A DNA stretch of 64,000 bases from Nanobdellota archaeon (lineage in GTDB: Archaea; Nanobdellota; Nanobdellia; PEZQ01). The position numbers and the translations under genes are program-made. The stretch is from contig JAAOXS010000021.1 of assembly GCA_018220985.1 (NCBI GenBank), positions 24,274 to 88,273 on the forward strand, read 5' to 3'. Of this stretch, positions 39,893-50,600 are shown piece by piece. The stretch's first letter is position 1. Every line of letters starts with the position of its first letter. The notes beneath the pieces are model-generated. The model did no database searches and was not told the DNA's origin. It saw only the letters and a list, made by a program, of their open reading frames with translations.

Positions 39893-39957
39893 TGTGTGTC
39901 AGAAGTTACCCTGCAAATCATCCTCGCGTCATGCTGGGATGGCCTCATCATCCACAA
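39893..39957 (-). ncRNA. Box C/D methylation guide sRNA
   Basis: TGTGG-ATGATGA (C), GGCCATCCCAGC, ATGA (D'), GGATGA (C'), TTTGCAGGGTAACTT, CTGA (D), CACA. Terminal stem present, and a TTTATAAG box about 22 nt upstream. Confidence 0.88.
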
Positions 39958-40060
39958 TAATAAAAACTGGAAAAGTAACTTATAAACGTATTGGGTTAAA
40001 CTAAGAACGAAAACAAGCTTGAATAATTATTTAATTAAGAAAAGACTAATTAATAATTTA

Positions 40061-40666
40061 ATGAGAACCATCACTAAAATATTCATATTCTCAGATATCC
40101 TGCTTTTATCATCAGCAGGACTTATCGGACCTATTTTTGCAATATTCATAGACGACCACTTGATTGGAGGAGGAGCACTAGCCGCTGGAATGGCGATGAT
40201 GGTATTCTTACTAGTGTCGGGCGTTGGCGACCTGATAATGGGAAGATACATTGACAAAATAGAAAACCCGAAACTCTTCCTAATAATCGGCTCACTAATA
40301 ATAGCAATAGTACCAATAGCATTCATATTCATAACAAACGTGAATCAATTGTACGCATTGGAAGCAGTAGCGGGAATAGGCGCCGCGCTTTCATACCCAA
40401 TATGGTATATGATGTTCTCAAACAACCTAGACCAAAAACATGACGGGTACGCTTGGTCAATATACGAGTTTTGCACGAGAATAAGCATGGCAATTACAGC
40501 TTTTTTAGGAGGATGGGTAGCACAAAACTTTGGATTTAAAGAAACATTCATTATAGTTGGGGTTTTGGGAATAATGGGTGCGGTAACACTAATATTCATT
40601 AAAATACCTGAAAAAAAGAATAAGCGAAAAATAAAACGCAAAAAAATACGACTCACCAAATATTAA
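40061..40666 (+). CDS. Half-size (6-TM) MFS-type transporter
   Basis: About 200 aa, six TM helices, GRYIDK motif A and a normal stop after a basic tail. Confidence 0.75.
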   Translation: MRTITKIFIFSDILLLSSAGLIGPIFAIFIDDHLIGGGALAAGMAMMVFLLVSGVGDLIMGRYIDKIENPKLFLIIGSLIIAIVPIAFIFITNVNQLYALEAVAGIGAALSYPIWYMMFSNNLDQKHDGYAWSIYEFCTRISMAITAFLGGWVAQNFGFKETFIIVGVLGIMGAVTLIFIKIPEKKNKRKIKRKKIRLTKY

Positions 40667-40693
40667 AATACGAATACTACATAATATATTTTT

Positions 40694-41827
40694 ATGAATA
40701 CAGCTTACTACTCAGCATGGATACCACGATCCTACATGCACTTACAAAGAGTGTACGCATACCTAAAAAAACAAGACACTCTTGACATAACAAAAATAAA
40801 CCACGACTTTCAAAAAAACCAATTCACATGCAACATAAACTACTTAGGAAAAAACGTAAAACTATTATTTGACGCGGATGGCGTATTCATATTTGAAACA
40901 CAACTCAAAAATGATGAAATAGAAAACTCAGAATACTTAACAACATTTTTTTACACACTATTCAAAAAAATTCTCAGCATAGCAATGCCCGTAATAAAAA
41001 ACCAAATAGAGCAAGGACTCATGCCACTACAACAACAATTATTCATTCAAACAAAACAAAAAATAACGCTAAAATACGGCTTTGAAACAAAAAAAATAGG
41101 CAAACACACAATGATAACAAACAGAATAACCAACCAAGAAAAAACAGTAACAACATACTTTAATTCAACAAAAAAATTAAACGAAAAATTCCTAATACAA
41201 TACTTTTTCATAAAATCCTACGAACACGCACTAATAGACTTAACAGAAAAAATGGTAAAACTGTTTAGTAAAACAGGCGAGATGAACAAAAAACTTGAAG
41301 CAGAACACATGGATGTGGAAACATTAAAAGAAATCACAACATACTTAGCAGACAAATCAAAAGACGTATCACTAATGCATTCAAGAATAGAACACATGAA
41401 AACAAATTACAATAGAAAACTAGAACTATGGAAACACTACAAACCACAAAAACTGGAAAAAACGCTAAGCGAACAAACAGCCATTGACGAAAGATACGAA
41501 AACGCTTTTTATGATAATGAATACGTAAAACACTTATGGTCACTGCTCGGAGAATTCATGGACCGTTCACTGGAAATACTGCAAATCACAACAAGCAACC
41601 AAGAAGTAGTAGAATCAAACAAACTGCAAGCACTAGTAAGCGCGGAAGCAGCTCAAATCATAGCAACAAGCCTACTATCAATAGTGGTAGCAGAAGGAAT
41701 AAACATATCACCAAAATATCAAGCAGCAGGAACAATAATTATATGGGTAATACTATTCCTAATAATCTCAGGATTCTTCAAAATATTCACGTCACGAAAA
41801 AAAGTTAAAACACTACTAAGCAAATAG
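40694..41827 (+). CDS. Hypothetical protein with a long helical stalk and two C-terminal TMs (CorA-like topology)
   Basis: Soluble N-domain, coiled region and two TMs. No GMN motif. Confidence 0.55.
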   Translation: MNTAYYSAWIPRSYMHLQRVYAYLKKQDTLDITKINHDFQKNQFTCNINYLGKNVKLLFDADGVFIFETQLKNDEIENSEYLTTFFYTLFKKILSIAMPVIKNQIEQGLMPLQQQLFIQTKQKITLKYGFETKKIGKHTMITNRITNQEKTVTTYFNSTKKLNEKFLIQYFFIKSYEHALIDLTEKMVKLFSKTGEMNKKLEAEHMDVETLKEITTYLADKSKDVSLMHSRIEHMKTNYNRKLELWKHYKPQKLEKTLSEQTAIDERYENAFYDNEYVKHLWSLLGEFMDRSLEILQITTSNQEVVESNKLQALVSAEAAQIIATSLLSIVVAEGINISPKYQAAGTIIIWVILFLIISGFFKIFTSRKKVKTLLSK

Positions 41828-41833
41828 TGGACA
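41825..41833 (+). promoter_or_regulatory. TASYGGACA motif upstream of radA
   Basis: TAGTGGACA lies 16 nt before CTTATATT. Confidence 0.55.
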
Positions 41834-41880
41834 CCACCCCACAACTAACCTTATATTAACCAACCCTTTTCTAAAAAAAT

Positions 41881-42888
41881 ATGAACGAAGAAGACATGCT
41901 TGAAGAATTTGATGAAACTGATGAAACACCAAAAAAACACGGCGACGACATCACAATAGAAGACTTACCCGGAGTAGGCCCGAAAACAGCTGAAAAACTA
42001 GTTGACGCAGGATTCAACGACTTAATGAGCATAGCAGTAACACCCGTCGGCGACTTAATGGCAGCAGCAGACCTTACAGATTCCGCTGGAAGAAAAATCA
42101 TAAACGCAGCGCGAAAACTATTAGAAATGAACTTTATGAGCGCTGAAGAAATGAAAGAAAAACGAAAAAGCGTAGGATTCATAACCACAAGCAGTGAAAA
42201 CTTTGACAACTTACTAGGCGGAAAAGGAGTTGAAACACAGGCGCTAACAGAATGCTACGGAAAATTCGCAAGCGGAAAAAGCCAAGTAGGATTCCAACTA
42301 GCAGTAAACGCGCAACTACCAATAAAAAAAGGCGGGCTTGACGCTGACGTAGTATTCATAGACACTGAAGGAACATTCAGACCTGAAAGAATAGAACAAA
42401 TCGCTGAAGCAGCAGGAATAGACCCTGAAAAAGCGTTAAAAAGAATACACATCGCCCGCGCGTTCTCAAGCGACCATCAAATGCTACTCGCAGAAAAAGT
42501 ACCTGAACTAATAGAACAAGAAGGTAAAAACGTAAAACTCGTAATAGTTGACAGCTTAATGGGATTGTTTAGAAGCGAATTCATAGGCAGGGGAACCCTC
42601 GCAACAAGACAGCAAAAGCTTAACAAACACTTACACACACTTCAAAGACTAGCAGACAGGTTTCAACTCGCAATATACATAACAAACCAAGTCATGGCCA
42701 GACCAGACATATTCTTCGGCGACCCTACAACTGCAGTTGGCGGACACGTGCTCGCACATGCTGCAACGTTCAGAGTTTACTTACGAAAAAGCAAAGGAAC
42801 CAAAAGAATAGCACGGTTAGTTGATTCACCATCACTACCTGAATCAGAAGCTGTATTCACAGTAGATACTTGCGGCGTAAGAGACTAA
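41881..42888 (+). CDS. radA: DNA repair and recombination protein RadA
   Basis: IEDLPGVG HhH, GKFASGKSQ, IDTEGTFRPER and TNQV motifs. Confidence 0.98.
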   Translation: MNEEDMLEEFDETDETPKKHGDDITIEDLPGVGPKTAEKLVDAGFNDLMSIAVTPVGDLMAAADLTDSAGRKIINAARKLLEMNFMSAEEMKEKRKSVGFITTSSENFDNLLGGKGVETQALTECYGKFASGKSQVGFQLAVNAQLPIKKGGLDADVVFIDTEGTFRPERIEQIAEAAGIDPEKALKRIHIARAFSSDHQMLLAEKVPELIEQEGKNVKLVIVDSLMGLFRSEFIGRGTLATRQQKLNKHLHTLQRLADRFQLAIYITNQVMARPDIFFGDPTTAVGGHVLAHAATFRVYLRKSKGTKRIARLVDSPSLPESEAVFTVDTCGVRD

Positions 42889-42897
42889 AAAAAAATT

Positions 42898-43695
42898 ATG
42901 ATAAAAGAAATCAACGTTAAAGGAGTGATAACTAAAAGCAACTTACCAGATGCTGATTACGTTATAAACCCATACATTGGTTGCGCACATGGTTGTATAT
43001 ACTGTTATGCAGAATTTATGAAACGATTTACTAATCATAAAGAAGAATGGGGTTGTTTTGTGGATGTTAAAATGAACGCTTTAAAAAAATTAGGTAACAT
43101 TAACAAATTAAGAAATAAGAAAATACTGTTTAGCTCAGTGACAGACCCTTACCAATCCGTAGAAGCAAAATATGAATTAACTAGAAACATATTAAAAAAG
43201 TTAATTTGTGTACAACCAGAAATTGGAATTCTAACAAAATCACAACTCGTAACAAGAGACATTGACGTATTCAAAAAATTTGAGAAAATAGAAGTTGGAA
43301 TCTCAATATCAACACTAAAATATTACAAACAACTTGAACCCTTAGCTTCACAGCCAGAACATAGGATTAAAGCACTAAAAAAAATAAGCCAAGCAGGCAT
43401 ACGAACCTACGTGTTTATTTCACCAATACTTCCAAGCATTACTGATTATAAGAGAATAATGAAAAAAACCAAATTCGCTGATTACTTCATGTTTGAAAAC
43501 ATTAATGTACAACCAAATAATAAAAACAAAATTTTAGAATTCGTAAAAAAAACAAAACCTGATGCGTTAAAATACTACGAAAAAGAATATGATTGGAAAA
43601 AATTAGAAAAAGAAATTACGGAAAATTATAATAATGCGAAAACATACTTTCACCACGACAGTTTTAAGAAGCGTCAGGCACAATCCATCGAATAA
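42898..43695 (+). CDS. Radical SAM protein, SplB/Rv2578c-like (DNA-repair associated)
   Basis: NPYIGCAHGCIYCYA and SSVTDPYQ motifs. Lies immediately downstream of radA. Confidence 0.88.
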   Translation: MIKEINVKGVITKSNLPDADYVINPYIGCAHGCIYCYAEFMKRFTNHKEEWGCFVDVKMNALKKLGNINKLRNKKILFSSVTDPYQSVEAKYELTRNILKKLICVQPEIGILTKSQLVTRDIDVFKKFEKIEVGISISTLKYYKQLEPLASQPEHRIKALKKISQAGIRTYVFISPILPSITDYKRIMKKTKFADYFMFENINVQPNNKNKILEFVKKTKPDALKYYEKEYDWKKLEKEITENYNNAKTYFHHDSFKKRQAQSIE

Positions 43696-44197
43696 TCGCG
43701 CAAGCCCCGAAAAAAATCAAAAAAATCAACGAACTCGCAAGAACAGTAACAAAATCCAACGGGATATCAGAATAAATAATAGCCAAATTCAAATAAGCAA
43801 GAATGTTCACAGTCGCAGGACTTGAAATAATAAACGCCAACTTAGAAGGAATCTTATGAAAAAAATCGAACACTGCGAGCAACAAACCATAACTAACAAC
43901 AAAAACCACAACCAAAGTCTTCAAAAACACGCCACTAAACAAACTACCAACACCAAAATTATCAATCAAAAAACGAACAGAATCCACTCCAACAAAAAAC
44001 AAAACTAACGAATTACTAAGCGCAGTATTCCAACCAATTTTCTCATTCTTATACCTGCCAAAATAAATTTGCAATAAAAGAGTTGAAACAAGCAAAGGTA
44101 AAGTCATCCAAATCATATCCGGATGCGAAAAAGGAGCTTGCAACAACTCCATAAACCGGGGAGTAAGCTCAAACTGAATAAAACTCTCCAAAACCAT
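43664..44197 (-). CDS. Hypothetical integral membrane protein
   Basis: About five TM helices and a YFGRY..E.IGWNTALSNS motif. Confidence 0.7.
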   Translation of the reverse strand: MVLESFIQFELTPRFMELLQAPFSHPDMIWMTLPLLVSTLLLQIYFGRYKNEKIGWNTALSNSLVLFFVGVDSVRFLIDNFGVGSLFSGVFLKTLVVVFVVSYGLLLAVFDFFHKIPSKLAFIISSPATVNILAYLNLAIIYSDIPLDFVTVLASSLIFLIFFGACAIIRWIVPDAS

Positions 44198-44283
44198 AAA
44201 ACAAATAGTGTAATTAAGACTTAATAAAAATTATTCAAAAACGTGCAGAAATATTTATAAAACACGCATTCATCAAAATTTTG

Positions 44284-45270
44284 ATGAAATCATTTGAAAA
44301 CAAAACAATTCTAATCACAGGCGGGACAGGAACAATAGGGCAAGCAGTCACGCGATACTTGTTGAACGAAAACGTGAAAAAAATTAAGATAATCAGCAGA
44401 AACGAGTTCAAACAACACGAGACAAAAATTAAATTTAACAATTCAAAAATAGAATTCATAATTTGTGATGTTAGAGACTACACTGCGCTGAACAGTGTAA
44501 TGCAAGACGTTAACATAGTATTCCACACAGCAGCAATGAAAAGAATAGAAATATGCGAAAAAAACACGCAAGAAGCAATAAAAACAAACATTGTTGGCAC
44601 TATGAACGTGATAAACGCTGCAGGAAACAACAATGTAGAAACAGTTGTTAACATGAGCACTGACAAAGCAGTTAAACCAGACTTTGTTTACGGAACAACA
44701 AAAAACATGGCTGAAAAACTAATAGTGAACGCGAACAAAAAATTTAAAACAAAATTCGTAAACATACGCTCATCAAACGTGACTTGGAGCACTGGAAACG
44801 TTTTTCACATATTCTACGAAAAACTAATGAACAATGAAGAAATAACTGTTTTCGGAGAAAACATGATAAGACTATTCGTAAACCCTGAAGACATAGCAAA
44901 ACAATTCCACTACGCTTACTCAAAGGGGCAAGGTGGAGAAACATTTGTAATACTAACAAATTCAATACGAATAAGTGAACTCGCAAAAGCAATGCAAGAA
45001 ATAATTGGAAAAGGAAAAATAACTTTGAAAGACCACTTAAGACCTGGAGAAAGATTTGAAGAAATACTAATATACGCAGAAGAAGTTGAAAGAGCATTTA
45101 AAACAGGAAATTACGTGGTAATAATGCCAAAAGAAGAAAAAGAACTAATGCAAAAATACGCGGAAAACGAAAAATTTAACATGGAATACTACAGCACGCA
45201 TAACTCTCCAGAATTAAGCATTGAAGAAATAAAAAAATACATAACACTAACCGAATTCTCAAAAATATAA
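44284..45270 (+). CDS. UDP-GlcNAc 4,6-dehydratase/polysaccharide biosynthesis protein (CapD/PseB-like)
   Basis: TGGTGTIG, STDKAV, YGTTK and RPGE motifs. Confidence 0.88.
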   Translation: MKSFENKTILITGGTGTIGQAVTRYLLNENVKKIKIISRNEFKQHETKIKFNNSKIEFIICDVRDYTALNSVMQDVNIVFHTAAMKRIEICEKNTQEAIKTNIVGTMNVINAAGNNNVETVVNMSTDKAVKPDFVYGTTKNMAEKLIVNANKKFKTKFVNIRSSNVTWSTGNVFHIFYEKLMNNEEITVFGENMIRLFVNPEDIAKQFHYAYSKGQGGETFVILTNSIRISELAKAMQEIIGKGKITLKDHLRPGERFEEILIYAEEVERAFKTGNYVVIMPKEEKELMQKYAENEKFNMEYYSTHNSPELSIEEIKKYITLTEFSKI

Positions 45271-45271
45271 A

Positions 45272-46339
45272 TTATTTCTCAACTACTTTTTGAATAACTT
45301 GATTATACTTCTTACTAACGGACTCCCAACTAAACTCGTCTAAAAACTTGAAAGCCTTACTAACCTTACCACTTTTTTTATCACTTAAAGCGCTAACAAT
45401 ACACTCTTCAAGCCCACTAATGCTTTCAGGTTTGAAAACCCACGCCATACTATTATCTAACAAACCAATATCGCTAACGACCACACGCGTTTTAGAAGAC
45501 ATAGCTTCAAGTAAAGAATAAGGAAAACCCTCACTAACAGATGGTAAAACATAAACACTCGAATCCGCCAAGTGCTTTTTATACTGTTCAGGCTTGTAAA
45601 CGCCTAAAAACTTAGCGTTAACACCTAAACTTTTAGCAAGACTTTCAAGAAAAACTCTCTCAGGACCATCACCTAAAATAACTAACTCATAATTCTTCAA
45701 ACCAACACAAGCCTTAATCAAAGTATCAACACTTTTAACTTTAATCAACCTGCCCGCGAAAAGAATCTTATTCTTACCCAATTTTTTTTTCTTCAAATTA
45801 AACCATGACTTATCAAAACCAAGACCGATAAAAGTTGAAGGCGCCCCATACTTTTTATTCTTAACACTTAACACGTGATCAGCACCAGAATAAATCAAAC
45901 CCTCAACTAATTTGAAACCAGTTTTAACCAAAAAATTGTACTGCGGTTGCTCAGAAGGGGTTCCGAGCATAACTGAAATGAAAGGCTTCCTCTTAATTTT
46001 TGAAAGAATCAAACCAAAAAAACTTGCAATAACGTCCTGACAAATAATCACGTCAAAATTCAATTTTAACGCTTTCAAAAAACTCATAAAATTAAAACTC
46101 GGATTCCTAAAAAAGAAACCTTTAACCCAAGGTACTCTAAAAACAGTTACATTCCTAAATTTTTCAAATTTTTTAGTTGAAGGAAACTTCCGAGTAATAA
46201 CCATAATATTATGCTTTTTCTTAAGAGTATTAACTAACTCTTCAGCATGAACTTCCATACCACCACTACTAAACTTATCAAAATTATTATTAATCCCTAA
46301 AGGAAACTCCTTAGAACCTAAAATCAGAACATTAACCAT
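45272..46339 (-). CDS. Glycosyltransferase family 4
   Basis: GGME, FAGRL..K and EGFPYSLLEAM motifs. Confidence 0.92.
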   Translation of the reverse strand: MVNVLILGSKEFPLGINNNFDKFSSGGMEVHAEELVNTLKKKHNIMVITRKFPSTKKFEKFRNVTVFRVPWVKGFFFRNPSFNFMSFLKALKLNFDVIICQDVIASFFGLILSKIKRKPFISVMLGTPSEQPQYNFLVKTGFKLVEGLIYSGADHVLSVKNKKYGAPSTFIGLGFDKSWFNLKKKKLGKNKILFAGRLIKVKSVDTLIKACVGLKNYELVILGDGPERVFLESLAKSLGVNAKFLGVYKPEQYKKHLADSSVYVLPSVSEGFPYSLLEAMSSKTRVVVSDIGLLDNSMAWVFKPESISGLEECIVSALSDKKSGKVSKAFKFLDEFSWESVSKKYNQVIQKVVEK

Positions 46340-46341
46340 TT

Positions 46342-47169
46342 TCAAACACCTAACACCAATTTAAAAAACTCGTAAAACACGCCAAAACCAACGCAAAAAG
46401 CATTTAGAAAATAATACGGCAACATTTTAAAACCTGTAAATAAACCAAACTTCCCACTAACCCTGTAAAAACCATAAGGGACACTAAGCAACCAATTCAC
46501 TAAAAATTTAGGAGACTTATGCTTCCAAGCCATCCGCGCATTACCCCAACCATACTGAAACTTTTGCTTAACAAACGAACGAAAATTAGTACGATGCCTG
46601 TGAAACGCTTCAACACTACCCACTCCCAAAGAAAAACCAGCATTAACCAACCTAACGCAAAGATCCTGATCCTCACTTGTCCTATTCATGAAAGAGTCAA
46701 AACCAAAACTTAAAACCTTACTTTTCTCCCACACAGTAACAATAGTACCAATCCTATGCCTACGACCAAAATTATTAAATAAAACTCGAAAATGAACATC
46801 CTCAGCCCACTCTAAATAATTATGATTCTTAGGAGAAACTATTTGAGCATGAATACTAACCCAACTATTTTCACGCATTTCACGAATCAAACTTTTATAA
46901 CAATTTTTTGGAACAACAGTATCCGCATCAGTGTAAGAAATCAAAGACTCTTTAGCTTTTTTAGCGCCTAATTGACGAGCATAAGACAAACCTTTACCTT
47001 TATCAGAGTAAACACTATCAACATACTTCCTCGCGATTTTAAGAGTATTATCTGAAGATTTACCATGAATAAGGATTATTTCAGAAGGATTATTATTCCT
47101 AACACTTTCCAAACACTCTTTAATTGTTGATTCACTGTTCTTAGCACAAACAATAACTGACAATTTCAT
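46342..47169 (-). CDS. Glycosyltransferase family 2
   Basis: SVIVCAKN, DAD and EDQDL motifs. Confidence 0.9.
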   Translation of the reverse strand: MKLSVIVCAKNSESTIKECLESVRNNNPSEIILIHGKSSDNTLKIARKYVDSVYSDKGKGLSYARQLGAKKAKESLISYTDADTVVPKNCYKSLIREMRENSWVSIHAQIVSPKNHNYLEWAEDVHFRVLFNNFGRRHRIGTIVTVWEKSKVLSFGFDSFMNRTSEDQDLCVRLVNAGFSLGVGSVEAFHRHRTNFRSFVKQKFQYGWGNARMAWKHKSPKFLVNWLLSVPYGFYRVSGKFGLFTGFKMLPYYFLNAFCVGFGVFYEFFKLVLGV

Positions 47170-47271
47170 GAACACAATGACTTAAAAACCATTTTTAAAC
47201 TTTGTTAACAAACAATACATTGCCATAAAACTTAATACATTAAAAAAACATGATAATAAACAGGTGCACGC

Positions 47272-47574
47272 ATGGTAGAAAAGAAAAAACCTGCACGAAC
47301 AACTTCTAAAAAGAAAAAGCCAGAGCAAGTAGGAGTGATAACTCACTACTTCAACAACATCAATGTAGCAGTACTAAAATTGAACAAAACACTTAACCAG
47401 GGGGATAAAATTCGCATACAGTCCGACACACCCAATGGATTGACAAATTTTAAACAAACCATAAAATCAATGCAACACAACCACAAACCACTAAAAAGAG
47501 CGATTAAAGGCAAAGAAATCGGCTTAAAAGTTCGTGACAGAGTACGAGCAAATGATTTGGTTTATAAATTATAA
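47272..47574 (+). CDS. Translation-factor beta-barrel-like small protein (U32 peptidase C-terminal-like)
   Basis: VGVITHYFNNINVA, SMQ and GLKVRDRVRANDLVYK motifs. Confidence 0.75.
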   Translation: MVEKKKPARTTSKKKKPEQVGVITHYFNNINVAVLKLNKTLNQGDKIRIQSDTPNGLTNFKQTIKSMQHNHKPLKRAIKGKEIGLKVRDRVRANDLVYKL

Positions 47575-47658
47575 ACAAATTATAAACCAACACCAACTCA
47601 ATTTTTTTTATTTTTTTATTAAATACGCTTATAAATTTATTAATAGTATAAATAAAGT

Positions 47659-50600
47659 ATGGGGAGAAGAGCAATACTAACAACTTTAGTAATACTTGCT
47701 CTACTACCTGTTGTAATAAACGAAGTAAAAGCGGAAACATGTACAACAGACAGTGACTGTTCTAATTACACGTACTGCGATGCAGACGCGTGTAATGGAC
47801 GAATAACAGGAATATGCGACACATCAATAAGTGAATGCGCTTGCTGCATTACTGACGGAGACTGTTCTTCAGGATACACTTGTTCAACTGAAGGTTATTG
47901 CTACGACAATAGTAATTATTGTGGTGACGGAACCTGCCAGGATGAAGAAGACTGTGAACAATGCCCTAGTGATTGCGGAACTTGCAGTGTAGCATCTGTT
48001 TGCGGCGACGGAGTATGCGACGCTGACGAAGATGCAACAAACAATTTCTGCGAAGCAGACTGTACTTATACAACAATTGGAACGGACGTGTGCGGTAACG
48101 AAATTTGCGAAGGAAGCGAAAACTGCGATAACTGTTACGTAGACTGTTGCGAAGATAATACAATAACTGTAGAATGCGGTAATGGAATCTGCGAAGACGG
48201 AGAAGACTGCGGAAGTTGCTCTACGGACTGTTGGTGTGACTGGGAACAGGAACAGCAACAAAAAATAGACGCTTACAAAGCAACATTAATCTTAACTTCA
48301 GAAGAGCAAACACTTGCAAGCACAATAATAAACTCTTTGAAAGCAGTTCATACAGCAGCAACAGCATACATTTCAAGCCCTTCAGGAACAACAGCGTACA
48401 ACCTTGCGTACCAGCAAAGATTGAAAGAACAATCTTTTTGGGATTTAGAAAAAAATTATGCGGGAACAACGCTTAAAAAATCAGGAGAATACGCAATACT
48501 AAACTATGGCTCTGGAAGAGTAAACGCGTGGGAAGACGAATTCGGAAACTTCCAAATCAACGGACTGGACATCATAGAAGGTTCAGGAATAAGATTTGGC
48601 GCGCACATATGGTACAATGACTGGGAAAACAAATACGGAATTGGAATGTGGGTTGACTGGGATGATAACGCCAGAAACTATGAAGAAAACATTAAGAACG
48701 GGTGGATGGACGGTGAAGACGTTGCAAGACAAGCTCAAGCAGCTGAAGACGTTAAAGAAATAATTGCAACATTCACAATCACAGACGACAATAAAGAAAT
48801 CGCAAATGAACTAATAAATTACATGGACACAGTTTACGACCTTGCAAACGAATTTACATTAAACTCTGATAAAATCTACAAATTACAATACGAAGCAGAA
48901 CTACTAAATGCAAGAATGAACGGCGTAGCCGAAGGACTAAGCTGCAACGACGTTAACGAAGTTTCAACATACATTCTCGTCTACTCAAAAGGAAGTGTAG
49001 AAGTATGGGACGACGAATTCGGAGGAAAAACACTTGCACAACACAAAAGACTACTTGACACAGACTACGTTAAACTCGAAATTAACGCTGGCGGATGCGA
49101 CGATTGGAGTGAAAGAGGATGGATGGGAACCAACTTACAATGGAGCAGAACCGTAACAGAAAACGAAAATTACAGAACAGCAATAACGAACGCGAGGAAA
49201 TCAGCTTGGAGAGAAGCTGAAGCACTAAGACAAAGATACATGGTCTTAGAAGCAAAAAAACTTTACACGTTCACAGTTGAAGAAGAAAACATAGCGAAAG
49301 AAATAATCGAAAAACTCAACAAGTTCAAAGAAGAAATAAAAGAATTCGAAGCAGGAAAAGTAACAGCATACAAACTACACTACGACAGCATACTACTAAC
49401 CTCAGAACTTGAAGGATACTCATGGGCATACCCTGAAATCGCAAAAGGCATAGGAGAATACGTACTATTAAACGGACCTGGAATTCCAGATGTTTGGAAA
49501 GATGAATTCGGAGACATAGAACTAGGACACAACTTAAGAGTTCACTTTGGAGAAAACATAGAATTTAACTTAAACAGATGGTGCGACGAATGGAGAGACT
49601 TCTGCGGATTTAACTCATGGATGCAATGGGGGCAACTAAGAGAAGACTACAGAGACGACATAAAAAAAGCTGAAAGAGACGGATGGAGAGAAGCTGAAAG
49701 AAAAAAACGAAAAACACTTGCTGACAAATTTAGAAAAGAATTGCAAGGAGAAATAGAAGACGTTTACTCATCAGCAATAAAATCATTCGTATCAAAAGCA
49801 AAAAATTTCATGGAAGGCGGAGCAACAGCTTACGATGTTGAAATGACAAGACTTGAAGCATCATACTTACTGCAAAAAAACATTGACGAACAAAAAAGAG
49901 ACTTCATAATGGTCCTAGACTTAGGAGAAGACGTTCCACCACCAGAAGCATGGCTTGACTGGGAAACAGGAGAAATCCACATAGGCGGCTGGAGAGAACT
50001 TGTACTAACATCCAAAGACGGTAAAGAAGATGTTATTGCAGGAATGGACACATGGTGCGATGATTGGGATGGATTCTGCGGAGGAAACATTTGGATGAAC
50101 TGGCCTGAATGGGACAGAATAAAAACAGACATTCACCGCGCGAACAACGACTTTTGGAGACAGAAACGTGAAGAAGAGATTAAACCAATGCTCAGTGAAA
50201 TAATCAGTAAAAAAACAACTTACTCAAGCAAAGACCAAACACTAATCAACGAATTATCTGACTTAATAGAAACAGTAGAAGAACTTGGTGAAAACTATGA
50301 CACGCTAGGTGTTGAAAACTTTCAATACAGTATCTTAGTTAAGAGAGATGTCATAAACGATAAACTAATTACTGCACAAGACGGAAGCTTAATAGAAATT
50401 GCAGTTGCAGAAGCAGAAGGATACCATGATTATGATGACTGGATGCAAAGACTTTATGGAGTAGCAGTTTACACAGGAGAAAAAATTGACTTAGTAATAA
50501 GATTTTACGAAAAATTCACACCATTCTTCCTTGAAGCAATTGAAAAAACACAAGGATCAGAATTCGCAATAGAAATAGAAATAGTTTGGAAAGAATGGCA

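Noticed and set aside
40694..41827. Calling this ORF a CorA Mg2+ channel
   Set aside because: The topology is similar but the GMN signature is absent, so it is left as hypothetical.
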